A DNA stretch of 63,123 nt, filler included, from Octopus bimaculoides (Eukaryota), in assembly GCF_001194135.2 (NCBI RefSeq). It is 4 parts of 4 records of this genome, joined end to end, with 100 filler letters (N's around TTAATTAATTAA, not from the genome) between each part and the next. Parts side by side here need not be neighbours in the genome. Positions count along the whole stretch, not along the records: positions 1 to 31,607 come from NC_068982.1; 3 more parts are not named here. One strand, given 5' to 3'. The translations under genes were made by a program, and so were the position numbers. Shown one piece after another: positions 12,550 through 26,640 of this stretch. The notes under the pieces are model-generated. The model saw nothing but the letters and a program-made list of their open reading frames with translations, did no database searches and had not been told where the DNA came from. How positions within the stretch are numbered: position 1 is the first letter of the stretch; the number at the start of each line of letters is the position of its first letter.

Positions 12550-13040
12550 TTCCTTTTGACTAATACCATTCTCCTCCTAACATATATATCTATTTTCGTA
12601 TCTCTATCTACTTACCCCTACCCGTACACTCTCAAAATTTCATTCACACCACAAGGCCTCTTCAAATGAACAGCACGTGGAATTTATATCTCTGTGCTAT
12701 CCACTCGTAATAACAAAATATGAACTCCTACCAGAATCTACATACCATGGACAAGAAGCATTTCTACCCATTCTAAACAACACTTTCTTTGGATAATGGA
12801 ACTGCAACTGTAACATCCTACATATATTTTTTATTTTTATTTATATTCTCTTATTTCCCTTTACACTTACTATATCCATCCTTTTACAAAATAACTCCTT
12901 ATATTGAACTCTACTATTTCCCTTTAGTTAACTCTCTCATACTCTCTCTGATGGAGGGATATTCCTAATATCATAAGAACGGCTGTAAGACTACCTTTCC
13001 CCTTATAAATGTCCTATAAATTCCACACAATCTTGGTTTT
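12550..13040 (+). mobile_element. Degenerate Penelope-like 3' remnant ending in a family F terminal repeat
   Basis: C/T-rich strand. FTPQGLF at ~12640-12665 resembles the PLE endonuclease C-terminal TLxPxGLN motif. Hammerhead-like CTGATGG-A-GGGATAT at 12948 onward. Confidence 0.5.
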
Positions 13041-13129
13041 GTTGTCTCATTTTATTTAACACACACACACATATATATGGATGTATCTGCGTGGTATCTT
13101 GAGTAAATATCACTTTCTATAACACAAGC

Positions 13130-13375
13130 TAAGGGTCCACTCACACGAAAAGTGTCTGGACACCTGTCGGATGGATTGTGCTCTGTAATGTGAAAGGTAC
13201 AGTTCAAAAACGACTGCATCGCCACATAACGTGTGACGCTGAATTTACCCTAGAATTACGTCATCAGTTCACGCGTCAAGGTGCATTGTTCAATCACTTA
13301 CATGCTGTCTCAATGTGCAAGTAAATCGCTTCATCGAACAAATGAATCATCAACGTGGAACAGGCGGACATATAT
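13130..13375 (+). mobile_element. Degenerate SINE family C body
   Basis: GTGTGACGCTGAATTTACCC.AGAA..ACG...CACG.GTC...TGC..GTT CAATCACTT..ATG matches the reverse complement of the 2552-2938 element. Another remnant lies at ~10340-10480. Confidence 0.55.
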
Positions 13376-13432
13376 TACATATCTGATTTTCTTCTTTCGC
13401 TATATCTGACTATCTTTCTTTCCCCCTCTCTC

Positions 13433-13466
<34 letters not shown>

Positions 13467-14158
13467 TTACTTCTTCATATTTATGTTTTATTGAATGAAT
13501 GTATAATTTATGCAGTATAACTATATGGATATTCGTATATGTGTTCGTGTGTATGCATGTATGTATGTATCTTGGTATGCATGTAGACAGGCAAACATAT
13601 TAGACACATACATGTATGTACGTGATCGCGTACGCAAATGTACACATGGTGATATTTATAAATTATAAATTTGAAAGAATCGAAATCCATAGAAAGTTTC
13701 AAACATATAAGACTGAAAGCAACAAAGAGAGGCAGAGATGAAAAGAGAGAGTAGAAGACAGGGAGAGAGAATGTGTGTGTGTGAAAATGAGAGGGGTGAG
13801 AAAGAAGAGAGGATGGGAATTAGCGATAAAGAGAAAGAACAATGCAAAGTTTCAACGAGAAAAGCTAGCGTAATAGAAAATGGAAGAGAGAATCTTCCAA
13901 AGGTGAAAACAGATGAGATATATTAAGAAAATATATTAGGAAATAAATAATTTGCTGCATAATGAACATTCTGAAATATATGTGAATTACACAGATGTCA
14001 CAGCTTTCCTCTAGTGAATTAGTATTGAACAATATTTCTCTCTCTTTACTTTTCTATTTATTCTCTCCGCGTGTTCTAATGACATTTTCTCAACTGCTAT
14101 TATATGAGGGGAAATATATTTATCTGCGATAGATAGATACAGATAGATACAGATAGAT

Positions 14159-14193
<35 letters not shown>

Positions 14194-14194
14194 C

Positions 14195-14247
<53 letters not shown>

Positions 14248-14530
14248 TGTGACATCAAAACAGAAGACTGGAAGGTTTCGTATATTTCGAATTCCATGTT
14301 ACACGAATAAGTGTCATAAAAATATACAGAATCTCCTATTCATAATTTTTTGAGACTGTAACGAAACACGTGTATCATGAAATTAAAAAGGTACCAACAT
14401 TTTCAAGTTTTCTGTTTTGATATATAATTATTCTGCAAATAGGACTCACCAAAAATTTCAAATGTTATGTATATCTCAATCAAAATAAAACAATTATATA
14501 TATATACATTTGATTAATATAAATACGCAG

Positions 14531-14664
14531 ATGCCCTTCATATGAACACAGCTTTGATTATAACACCTTATGTACTCTATATATATTTGCGTCTACGAGT
14601 GCCAACACATACTTTCTTGAAGATGGTGCTTTGCATTGCTATCACTGTGTTATATGTTCCGAAG
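14531..14664 (+). CDS. Candidate orphan Cys-rich exon (PAN/apple-like half domain) CPSYEHSFDYNTLCTLYIFASTSANTYFLEDGALHCYHCVICSE
   Basis: CAG acceptor (weak pyrimidine tract), AAG|GTATGT donor, 134 nt open in one frame. C-x5-SFDY-x3-C-x-L resembles the PAN C-terminal half. Confidence 0.45.
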
Positions 14665-17600
14665 GTATGTATTTCTCAGTAAAATTCTAAGGATGGTTAA
14701 GGTAAGTTATGTTTCAGTATATTTTGCTTGTTTTTTGGAGTGTTTAACTCTATGTCATTTATTTCAAAATAACATTTTCGTTCTTAATAAATTGGAGCAT
14801 AAATCTTAGCAATTTAAAATTTTAGAACCTAATCAGTGATCTTCTTACATGCTTTCCCATAAATTTGGGATAGTTTTAAGGGTTCATGCGTCTACATAAT
14901 TTGTTAACGAGTTAAGAATAACAGCCATATCACACCCTACCATCTTAAGGAGTCATAGAATCCTAGATATAACTTAAAAAGACAGGATCATCAAGGCTGG
15001 AATGGCTGATTAAAGATACTCCAGTTATATGAAATTAGTGTTATTTTTTCTTGCTTTTATGAAGTATTGATGAATAACAATTTTCATAGTTTGAATTCTG
15101 TTTATACGTCTTTGATGGTTAATCTTTAGGGAACTCTAAAGAAATGCAACGTAATTTTTGAAACATAAAAGTGAAAATGAATGATAAACGAATGAAGTAC
15201 ATTTATTGTATGATTCTTCCCCAAAACTGTTTCAGATGATGTGCATAGAAATAATTTCTGTTCTTAAAGAAGAACAATGCAGGATAGACCCAGAAAGTAG
15301 TAAAAATCTTTTAAATTTGGGAAAAGAGAGAAAAATATGAAAGTAGTGAGTGATGATGAATGAACGAAGAATACATGTACATATACATTATGATGAAGTT
15401 TGCATGTAATTGTTGTCGTAATCCCTTCAGCTACAGCTGCAGTATTCAGATCATTGTAATGTCCGTATGTTTGTAATGTGCAAACGTGTTGCTAATATGT
15501 AATTTTTTCTGTATCATGAAGTGGTTTTAGAAATAGAAAGGTAAATTGTTGAATAAAATGTAGCGTATTTAGTTGAGTGAAAAATCTCTTGAACTGTCTC
15601 TTATATTTTTATTGGTACATGTACTGTCCAAGGAAGTTATTATTTTCTGTTAATCCTTGATAAAACCAAATTAAATATTAAAATATTGAGAGTAGCGAAA
15701 TAGAAAAGAGAGTGCAGAAATAGAAAAGTGGAAACGAATGGGCAAGAAATGAATTTTTTCATATTAAGCCTGATACTGTGTAGATAAATTTTGTTCGCTG
15801 CTGTGTTACGGGTGTAATATGTCATTGTCAGAAGTACTCCTCAGCAAAAAACGTCCCTGTGAACAATATTTTTTGTAGCATGCTTCTCATTTGGTACATA
15901 TATATATATATAATTGAGATTCAGATGAATTAGCTACTTATGTTGAGGCACCAAAAGTTAGTGCGGAATTTATCCGTACAGTTTCAAAAAAGTTGAATAA
16001 AATCAAAATAAGCAACAGGATATCCAGAGATGATGCATTACGATCGTTTCAAGCGACTCAATTTAATTGAACAATGCAATCATTACATCAATTTAAATGC
16101 AGCGCTATCCTCAACTGCATAAATAAAATAAATAGAATTTATTTAATCAGTCGGAAACATTTGTATAATTTAACCTAAATCCTCTAAGAGGGTAAAAAGA
16201 CGGACAAAGTCCATGCTCTCTTTACTTCAACTTAGAAGCTTCAGGAAAAAAAAACTGTTAGAGATCTAGCTTGTCACTGATTGTTGGATCAGTTGTAATC
16301 TAAAGTCTTGTTCATCAAATCTTTGTATATCAAAATCTAAGACCAAAGAGCATTGTCTGATTAGGAAAGAGCCTGAGGGAGTTGACAGAATCATAGTGGG
16401 TATAGTCATAAAACTTGTCAAGATTAGTTTGAAGTAGTAATAAAGTAACTGCCTATACTAAGGTTTGGTAAAGGAAGAACTTAAATCAAGATATCAGTTA
16501 TCAGTTAAAGGGGCAAGACTAATAAAACCAATGATGATAATACAGGGGAAATTTTATCATGGCGTACTATAGTTGAATGATTTAAAAATATTGTTATATT
16601 GTATAAAGATAACATTTAGGATTATCAAGAAAAATATTAAGAAGAATATCATAAACAAAAATATAAATTTTTGAATACTTTTGAGTATATACCAAAATTT
16701 ACAACAATAGGGGGAGAAAAAAATTACATAGAATTAGTTTAATAATTTATCCATATACTTGAATATTTACTTATTAGAGGTATTTATGAAGATTGATTAC
16801 TGGCATTTACTGGCATTTAATAAAGGAGTACTGAGGCGATAGAAAAGCTAACAATATATTAAATATAATCTAATAGGTATAATATAAGTTGTAAAGCCAC
16901 CGGTGTTGTTATATATAAGCTAATATAAATATCTAGGAGTACAAAAATTAGCTTTAATTTCATAAAGGTTATTGTAAAATAATAATATGATCAGGTAGGG
17001 TAGAATATCAAAGAAAGGAATAAATTGCTTAATCACTAAAACCATGGTGAAGCAAATATACCTTATTATCATCAATAGAAAAGAGAAGATTTTATAGAAA
17101 TTGTTTATTAGTTCAATCATTTGAAACTCAATTATTTAATTATTAGGTGGTATCTATAAAGAATGATACCAAGTATTAACTAGAAGAATAATAATAGGGC
17201 CATAGAACATGCCAAACTCTATATTAATTATAAACTAATAGGTATAATATAAGTTTTAAAAGTTACCAGTGTGAATCTATACACGATAATATAGTTTCAT
17301 TTGGGGTACTTAATTAGGAGGGACACTTACATAAAGAACTTTATAAAAATAAATAATATGATCAGGATGGTGGAACACTATAGAAAGAGATAAAAAGATT
17401 AATTACTAAAACTATGATGAAGTTAGACTAATTAGGCATGAATATTGCTAGGAGAGTATACTAACTACATGTAGCACTCTAACTTGCTATACTATATAGC
17501 TTATATTATATGCAAAGTATTTTAAATCCTCATGAAACTGAATATCACCTAAATTTATTATGCATACATTTAGAATCAGAGGGTAAGAATATTCAGATCT

Positions 17601-17694
17601 ACCGTTAAAATATTAAAAGTAAGTTTCCATCAATTTAGTTCAAGCACAACACCTATAAAGCGCTAATTTCGAAAATATTTAAAAGTACAGTTTA

Positions 17695-17741
<47 letters not shown>

Positions 17742-19124
17742 TTCAACCCTGAAAATCCTGAGGAAACTCTGGATAATGTATCATATAGTTGTCCATGTGC
17801 GAATACGGACTTTTGTAAATATTAATCAACCTTCTCCAATATTTCAATATTTTCTTTTGTGATTTATTAATTGTCGTTGCCGTTGCTAATTTATAGGAAA
17901 TTGTTGTGTAATTAATGTATAAACTAACTCACCACCGACTCAAGAGAGAGTGACTTTTGGATTAAACACAGATTTTCTGTGATGTGGGACTTCACTTGTA
18001 ATGTTTCCTTATTGAAATTTGCTTTAATGTTTTGGATAATTGAATGTGTGGCATAACACATGCCATTAACTTGGCCATTTGTGCGTAGGAGGATAATTAT
18101 AGCAAACCTGAAGCAGTTTGTGCATTTAAGCACTCTGTTGTAAATTCTGAAACGTCATCCTGAAGTGAACATTGATCATGACTAAACAACCTTTTCAACT
18201 GCTGGAAATAGATTTAGTACTTCCCCATTCATGAAATCAATGTGAATATTTTATGGTGCTAAAGCAGCTACATTTTGATATTTTTTTGGTGTTGCAATGA
18301 CATTTCTATTAAAAACTGAGGAATTGAAATCACTGAATCATGAACATGTATAATAATTTAACTATTTGCTGCTACTTAAGATTCATGCCATACACGGAGT
18401 ACGAATTTGTAGAACTGTATTTGTTTATTGTGATCTCAATTCTGTGTAAATGAATCTAGTTCCTTGTTTTCTATTGGTTGATGTTTTTTTTCAGTGTTTC
18501 CATAAAGAATAGTTATTGAATTACTGTCCACTATTTGCGAAAAGAATAGATATTTTTAAAAAATTTAAAAGTAATTTTTTAGTCAGATATTCATCCGACT
18601 GTAATAAATCTACGATTCATTTCAAATTTATGATATTTATTTCCTGCAAGCATACATACTGTCAAAAGAAGATGGTGCGTTTACTTAGCCACTGAACCTG
18701 TTAGAAATAGCAGCCAAACAATACTAACGTATTAAAGAGTGACGTAATGTCATCTTAGATATATCAACTGTATAGCAAATGAAGAGCTTTATTGCCTGCT
18801 GGGAAAGTAAGTCTTTTCTTAACTTCGATTTTCTATCGAAGTGAAACGAAAAGAAATATTTCATTAAATAAGTGACTATTTTCTTACTCTCGAAAAGTAT
18901 GCACGAAATGTGAAGGCAAAAGTTGAAAATGTAAAACTGAAAATTATAATGAAATTGAATAGAAGTTCGGAATATGTATAATGAGACGTGTACTTAACTA
19001 TAATATGCAATGAGAAATAATTGCAGAAGATGAGCTGCGTGAAATGTATAAACGGAAGTTGAACAGAATGGGAAGTATCAATTCAATGTATGATGAGATC
19101 ATCTAAAGACCTTATAAATTCCAG

Positions 19125-19219
19125 ACGTAGATGATGTATATTTACATCTGCGCATAAACTATTCTCCAGGATTGCGCCCGGTTTCAGGTCATTTCGAACA
19201 TGAATACGCATTCATTAAG
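19125..19219 (+). CDS. Candidate orphan exon (D)VDDVYLHLRINYSPGLRPVSGHFEHEYAFIK
   Basis: TTCCAG acceptor, near-consensus AAG|GTAAGT donor, open frame. The phase-1 start joins 14531-14664 in frame (G|AC = Asp). Confidence 0.45.
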
Positions 19220-19703
19220 GTAAGTCAAAACAGACATTGTATTCTTTTCAACTACATAGCGTAGTTGAAATAAACTCGAAGAGAGCGCATCACGCAAAAA
19301 CAACCTTCCGAGTCATCTGTACACCGCTCACCCATAGTAAAATTAATAAATGAAGGGGAAATTTCTACACCTTAGATAGAACAAGAGTGTGCAGAAAAGA
19401 ACCGCGCAGAGAAAAAGAAAATCAATAATGAGAAATCTTTCAACCAGGAAAAAAGGCATTCATTAGAGTAGGTGACCGAACGATTCGGCAAAAGGAAGAT
19501 AAAATGGCAGAACGGTGGAGTGAAACTAGAAGTGAAGGGGAAAGTGAACTGCCTTCTGGAAAAATAGCAGCAATAGAAGAATGCAGTAGATAAGCAAAAA
19601 TAGAGAGTGGACAGGTAGAAAGTTAAACTAAGGCAGATGAAGATGGGGCTACTGATGGGTGGGGGTCACTTGAACAAGTAAACATCGCGAGAAAAATATT
19701 TAT

Positions 19704-20178
19704 GCGTGTCTGTAGTAAGATACTTGCTTCTCAAACCCATGCTTCCGGGTTTTCTTACTATGTGACACCTTGAGCAAGAGTTTTTATAGCTACAGGTCGA
19801 TCAAAATTTTGTGAGTGAATTTGGTATACTGAAAATGAAAGAAGACTGTTTTCTATGTATGTATGTATGTATGTATGTATGCATGCATGTATCTATGTAT
19901 CTATCCATCTATGTGTGCATGTGCATGCGTGTGTGTGTGTGTGTGTATCTGTGTGAGCGCGCGTGTGTGTGTACGTTCGCCGGCTATCACCGCTGGCAAC
20001 TGCTGTTGGTTTGTTTGCCTCCTCGTAACCAAGTGGTTCGGCAAAAAGAGGCCGATGGAATAAGTACCGGGCCTTAAAAATAGTACTGGTGTCGAGCTTT
20101 CGATTAAAAGACCTTTCAAAGCAGTGCTTTACCATTCCCGTAGTCTAATGACTAAAACACGTCAAAAATAAAAGAAAG
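19704..20178 (+). mobile_element. Degenerate SINE family A copy
   Basis: Head remnant, GTGAGTGAATTTGGTA..GAAA.TGAAAGAAG, microsatellite, then 3' module GGTTCGGCAAAAAGAGGCCGATGGAATAAGTAC. Confidence 0.7.
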
Positions 20179-20236
20179 ATCAGACGTATGTATGTATGTA
20201 TGTATGTATGTATGTATGTATGTATGTATGTATGTA

Positions 20237-21454
20237 TTAGGTTGTTTCAAATGAAGTGTCACATTTTTAATTACTTGATATTTCAGTCATTTAAAAAGTC
20301 AATTATGTATACCTTGGATTTAATCTTGACTCTTTTTCTTTCCCAGAAATAATGATATACAAAATTCGAAGAGGCCTTATAAAAATGATAACAACCAAAC
20401 TATGTTGAGTGATTTTTGTCATATGAGTACAAATTGAGTCACTCTGCCACAGAAGCTCTACGGAGTATCAAGTGAGCCTTTGGTAACAGTTTTGTTGACA
20501 TCAGAACTGTTCAGAGATGGTTCCAAAGCTCTCGTTCAGATGATAGCCTTCAAAATAAACCAACAAGAGACAGGCCAAAACCAGTTATTCGGCATGATAG
20601 ATTAAATGTTTTGGTTGAACAAAATACGAGAACAAAAGTTCGAAAACTTTCATCAGAACTCCAAACATCTCGCACAACTGTTTCTGGACACTTGTAAAAT
20701 TCGGAAAAGTCAAGAAAACGGATAGGTTTATTCCACAACAAATGAACGAGAAACACACCTCGAAGTGTGCTCCTTATTCCTTTCTTGACTGGAAAAATAC
20801 CATTTTTGCATCAAATCATTACTTGTGATGAGAAATGGATACTCTTTGACAACAGCAGTACAACAGGGGAGTGGGGCAGTGATTAGATGCAGAAGAGTGA
20901 CCTAAACACTACCCAAACCCACCATTGCACTTTGAAAACTTAGTGGTCTGCGAAGGGAGTTATTCATTATTCATTTTTGCAACAAGTAAAAGCGATAACA
21001 GCAACATCATATTACCATGAAATTCATTGTATGCATGAGAATTTGAAAAAAAAGCAGCAAAGACAAGTGAATAGAGATGGCCCAAATTTGCTTCGCGACA
21101 ATGCACGTCCTGACACTTCTCAAGCTACGGTCCAAAAGTTACAAAGTCTGAATTATGAGATTTTGCAACATCCTCCCTATTCCTCTGATATCGCTCCTAC
21201 TTATCATCTCTTATTTAAGCATTTTGAGTTTTTCATAAGCAATAAATCATTCTTAAATAGAGAAGATGTAATTGAACCATTCGGACAGTTTATTACAGCA
21301 AAAGATGAATTGAATTTTTAATGATGGAATATATGCCATAAGGAAACGCTGGGTAAACGTTATAAATGAACATGGTTCATACGTTGATTAAATAAATCAG
21401 TTCTCTAACACTTTTGAAACATTTTATTGTTACCTTTCAAATACGACATTTCAT
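20237..21454 (+). mobile_element. Degenerate near-full-length mariner (Tc1/mariner, DD34D-type) element
   Basis: TA + TTAGGTTG left TIR. Remnants YEYKLSHSATEA..RTVQRWF, IITCDEKWILFDN, LLRDNARP, LQHPPYSSDIAP. Multiple stops and frameshifts; third catalytic Asp lost; right TIR partial (GACATTTCAT). Confidence 0.9.
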
Positions 21455-23385
21455 GTGTGTGTTTCTGTGTGTGCGTGAGTGTGTATGCATGTTGGTCATA
21501 CCTGAAATACTTGTTAAGCATGTTTGCCTAACCAGTATTCCTGGGGGCTAATGAAATGTCTTAACAACCAGATACAGCACAGGATTGAACGACAAGATAC
21601 AGGGAACTGACATTCGTTCGTTTATTGCCCTTGTATGTGTTGGTGTTTTTGCCAAAACGGGTGTTATGTTGAAAAACGTAAGGGACTCGACACTTATAGG
21701 TCGATGAAATTATTAGTAGCATTTAGCAATGGGGGTCAATGTGACCAACTAAAACTATGATGGCAGTGCCTCAACATGACCACCGTTTACTGGCTAAAAA
21801 CCAGTGAATGAGTCCAAGAATAAAACAATATATCTCTTCTTTCTCGTCTCCTTTTCTATCACTTCCTCATTCTCTATCAGTTTCGCCTTCTCTCTCTCCC
21901 TCTACTCTCACCCACCTCTCTCTCACTCACACTCTCTCTCTCTTACTGGCTCTCTCTTTCACTGGCTCTCTTTCTCTATCTCTATCTCTATCTCAGTGTT
22001 TCAGTGATTTCCATGTGTCATTACTTGACAATAGCTTTATTTGCACATATCTTGTATTTTTTGTATAGCTCTCTATTTGTAGATATCTTTTCTTGTTTCT
22101 CTATCTTTCACCTCATCACACTTCTTTCTCTCTCTTCAGTTCTATTTCAGTTTCTCACCTTCTTTCCTTTTCTTTCTCTCTCGCTTCACTTTTTTGTTGT
22201 TGTTTGTAAGTGCCTGGAATTAATAGATAGTGACAACAAGACAATATAACATCTTCAATGGTTGATTTAATAAGATGTCAGTAACTTTTCAACTATGAAA
22301 AACCTTGTATGCATATGCCGTTGCCGTCAACCAGTTGAGCCTTGATAATGAAATTAAAAAGACTGCCTCCAGCTTCCTGGGTTGCATAGCAAGGTTGTTT
22401 CTGTTGTTTACTTGTTCGTTCGTTCGTTCGTTCGTTTATTGCTTCGCATATCACTCGCAGAATTATATTTTGCCTGAGGTGTGCCCTGTGCAGGTGTAGG
22501 AGTAAATCCCTATGAGATAGCGCCGTGCATCAACGATTTGAATCGCACGCACGTGTAATCTACCTATTAATGGCGTTAAGCAACGAGGATGTTTCTAAAT
22601 GGCAGCTCGACCTGTTAAAATTAATAGCAAAATCTTCCTCAAATACGAGAAAGTAAAAAAAAGAAAAAAGAAAACAGGCAAAAAGAAAAGACAAGCAGGC
22701 CATATTGGATACTGCAGTTGGTGTTGGCTATCCCAGGAAGTAAGATTGGATGGCCATCCTGTGAATGCCTTTTAATGACAATTTTTATGGAGCTGGCTGG
22801 CTATAGCCAAATAGCTATTTGTCTTACGTTAAGACAAATAGCTATTTGCCTTACGTTAAGAAGGGAGAGCTCTCAATGGAGTAGAAAGCTGCAAAATGAG
22901 TTAATAAAGATAGAGGGTCTTCTAGAAATAGCAGCCATATCTCCCTCATATCATAGTCCAACGACTTACAAAAAAGGGCACATTAAATAGTGTAAATCAT
23001 GTGATACATTGAGGGAATAATGGACAGGATGGTCATAACTGGAATACTGTGGCTAATGAATTGTTTTAACAACCAAACACAGCGCAGCATTGTGCGACGA
23101 GATATATGGAAGTGATATCTCGGGCATGTTTTTTTTTGTTTTACTACTTTCAGCCATTGGGTTGTATGCATTCAGGGCAAGCCCCTTCAAGTTTCTAATC
23201 GATCTTATTCAGCGCTCAGCGATATTAGACAATACTAACTATCGATCTTTATTAAAGTCACAACTACGTTTTTCGATAACGAGATGCAAATTGATAAACT
23301 GCTTTAAAACTGGGATACCCACACTGACAGAAATGAAATGCATGCACACAAAATACACAAACATGCATATATGTGTGTATTTATA

Positions 23386-23417
<32 letters not shown>

Positions 23418-25391
23418 NNNNNNNNNNATTTATTTGTGTCTGTTTTTGTGTGTATGTATGTATGTATGTATGTATGTATGTGTGTGTCTGTGTGTCTGTA
23501 AGTGTGATATTAGACGACATGAACTTGGAAAGATTCGTTTAAAGACATGTAGTGTTAAAAAACACAGTATACTTCATAAATAGTTGAAATGAAATCGCTG
23601 TGAAGGTGCTTGAGAGCTGCGAATACTTGTATTTCGCAGTATAATTTGCTGCTTATCAATACCGCACATTCACCTCGCCACTGAACAAAGTTAAATCATT
23701 AGTCTGAAGCATATATGCATTATGTAAAACTGTTTGCTGATTATCAATTGCGTCGCAGAAGTATAATAAATTATACACATACACATACATAAAAATCTCA
23801 GTACGTATACATATATATGTATATATATGTATGTATGTATANNNNNNNNNNNNNNNNNNNNNNNNNNNNNNNNNNNNNNNNNNNNNNNNNNNNNNNNNNN
23901 NNNNNNNNNNNNNNNNNNNNNNNNNNNNNNNNNNNNNNNNNNNNNNNNNNNNNNNNNNNNNNNNNNNNNNNNNNNNNNNNNNNNNNNNNNNNNNNNNNNN
24001 NNNNNNNNNNNNNNNNNNNNNNNNNNNNNNNNNNNNNNNNNNNNNNNNNNNNNNNNNNNNNNNNNNNNNNNNNNNNNNNNNNNNNNNNNNNNNNNNNNNN
24101 NNNNNNNNNNNNNNNNNNNNNNNNNNNNNNNNNNNNNNNNNNNNNNNNNNNNNNNNNNNNNNNNNNNNNNNNNNNNNNNNNNNNNNNNNNNNNNNNNNNN
24201 NNNNNNNNNNNNNNNNNNNNNNNNNNNNNNNNNNNNNNNNNNNNNNNNNNNNNNNNNNNNNNNNNNNNNNNNNNNNNNNNNNNNNNNNNNNNNNNNNNNN
24301 NNNNNNNNNNNNNNNNNNNNNNNNNNNNNNNNNNNNNNNNNNNNNNNNNNNNNNNNNNNNNNNNNNNNNNNNNNNNNNNNNNNNNNNNNNNNNNNNNNNN
24401 NNNNNNNNNNNNNNNNNNNNNNNNNNNNNNNNNNNNNNNNNNNNNNNATATATATATATATATATATGGATACAAGCATATATATCATACATACATATGT
24501 ACGTAGGTACATACACTGGCAAACTCATGTCGTCAATGATTCCGACAAGTTTTATATTACAGAGAATGGCGCATCAAAACAATGAGAGAAACCATTCATA
24601 AATATCAAAAGAGTAAATATATGTTCATACACAGTATTGCAGCATGTGAACAATGAGTTATAGTTGTAACGTCTTTATTGAAATTATTATAGACCACTTA
24701 ATGCATACATGCATATATACATGCATACATATATATAAATACATATATATTTGAAATCAAATATATAAAAAGTAATATTAGACTGTTTCCTTCCGTTTGA
24801 AACTATTTTCTCTTAAACGACCGGCAACGTGTTTTTATATTAAGTTGAATGTCGTCTGTTACTGTTTATTTCATCACCTGATAGCTCATTTAAACTGTGT
24901 TTTATTCTCCATTTCTCACTCACTTCATCTTTTGTCATTATCGCAAGTTATATCACCAATTTATCTGCACGTGATTGTATGCACACGTGTATGTGTGTGT
25001 GTATTTTTATGTATCTGTGTATGAACTTCTATGACAGTTTTTTTTTTTTGCTGGGTGTGTGTAAGTTACTTAAAATTTTTTTCGAGAAAATCCTGCAGTA
25101 TTAATTACATTAAAATACCTGCTGTTTTAACTCATAGACCTCAAGCAGACCTGGATTAGAGAGTGCATGTCTTTCATGTGGTCGCAAATGGTAACGAAAT
25201 CTTGCTGAATGATTCGTCGAACGATTAATCTATTTATTAGTTAATTTTTTAATGTTAACGGATTTACTACTACTAATAAAAGAATTGTAATATAATCAGT
25301 CCATATGTTTATTATGGGAATAAAGAATCTTCGGAGACACAAATATAAAATATACATATATGTCTGTGTGTGTATGTATGTGAGTGTGTGC

Positions 25392-25445
<54 letters not shown>

Positions 25446-26640
25446 ACATATTCACATAAAAATGTTTCCCTGTGTGTATATGTATGCGTGTGTTGAATGC
25501 ATATTTCATATATATTTCTTTAGTTAATAAGGCAAATTGCTAAGGTGGAACTTAGTGGATTGAATCAATTCTAATACATACCTGTTCTATCGTGTTGATA
25601 TTAGAAGAATAAAATTGGAAGGCAATCACCAAGGCAGGAATAGCAATAAAGACCATAAAAGGAACAGACTAAATATCATAAGACTGCCTTCAAAATTGCT
25701 GCCTAATTAATGAAATTCAATGATATTGAAATCCAGAGCATAAAAGGATCCGCTAGCTCAAGTCATTAGATACTAAACGAGGTTAGCCCATTGATCTTCC
25801 GATTCTCCTATTAAATGCATTCATAATTATAATATATACCAGGGAAATGGTAATGCAGGTTGGGAATGGCAGGGACTGTACAGTCGTTTATACCCGCCCC
25901 AATACTCAATTGCTATTGTATTGAACTCAAATGTCGAAGTGGTATTTCACCTCGGTAATGTTGAAACAGAAAATATAAATTGCGTAGCTAAATACTTCAA
26001 AATACTTGTTTCTTTCCATTCATCGATTCTAGAACCATAATAATGGTCTCTAACATTGATACAAGACCCACACGCTTTTGTGGGTTTGTGCAGTTGATTA
26101 AGAGGAATTCAGTACTTCAGTGGTACTTAGCTTATAAACTCCAGAAAGATGATTTAAACTAAGGACATAAAGAGATGTAACTAAACACAGTGAAGAATGT
26201 TGTCCAGCACTTCGCTATAACTGGCGTTCACCATCTTCGGTAGTAATGATATTACTAGTGATGTATTAAGGAAGAATAGTGTTTATGTAACTATTGGTAG
26301 AGAGCCAGACTTTAAGTGTCAAGTGTGTGGAGCAACTGATATAACAATGGCATTCATTTGATCGACTCAATTCGATAATACAAATGTTGATTTTGTTTTT
26401 AAAATACAAGTGGCCCTCGTTCTATTCTACACCTTGTTGTATGCTTTCATCTTTTCAGCTGATACCTTCACTTTAACTATTTTCAATATCAGCGATAATA
26501 GTTGTTGAAGATTTCAAAAATCCTGAATGAATGACATTTTTCTTTCTACTATCCTGACACTTGAGACTGACATTTATTCTTTCATCAAGATGGATGGACG
26601 AGGAATTAATATTTGAAGTGAAGGAAAATGTGTTTGATCT

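Noticed and set aside
16200-17700. Possible mitochondrial insertion (NUMT)
   Set aside because: AT-rich and strand-skewed, but I could not find diagnostic cox, cytb, ND or ATP6 motifs in any frame. Kept only as an unexplained duplication.
23154-23386. Strong acceptor followed by a long open frame
   Set aside because: No donor, three competing frames and no recognisable motif, so there is too little to call an exon.
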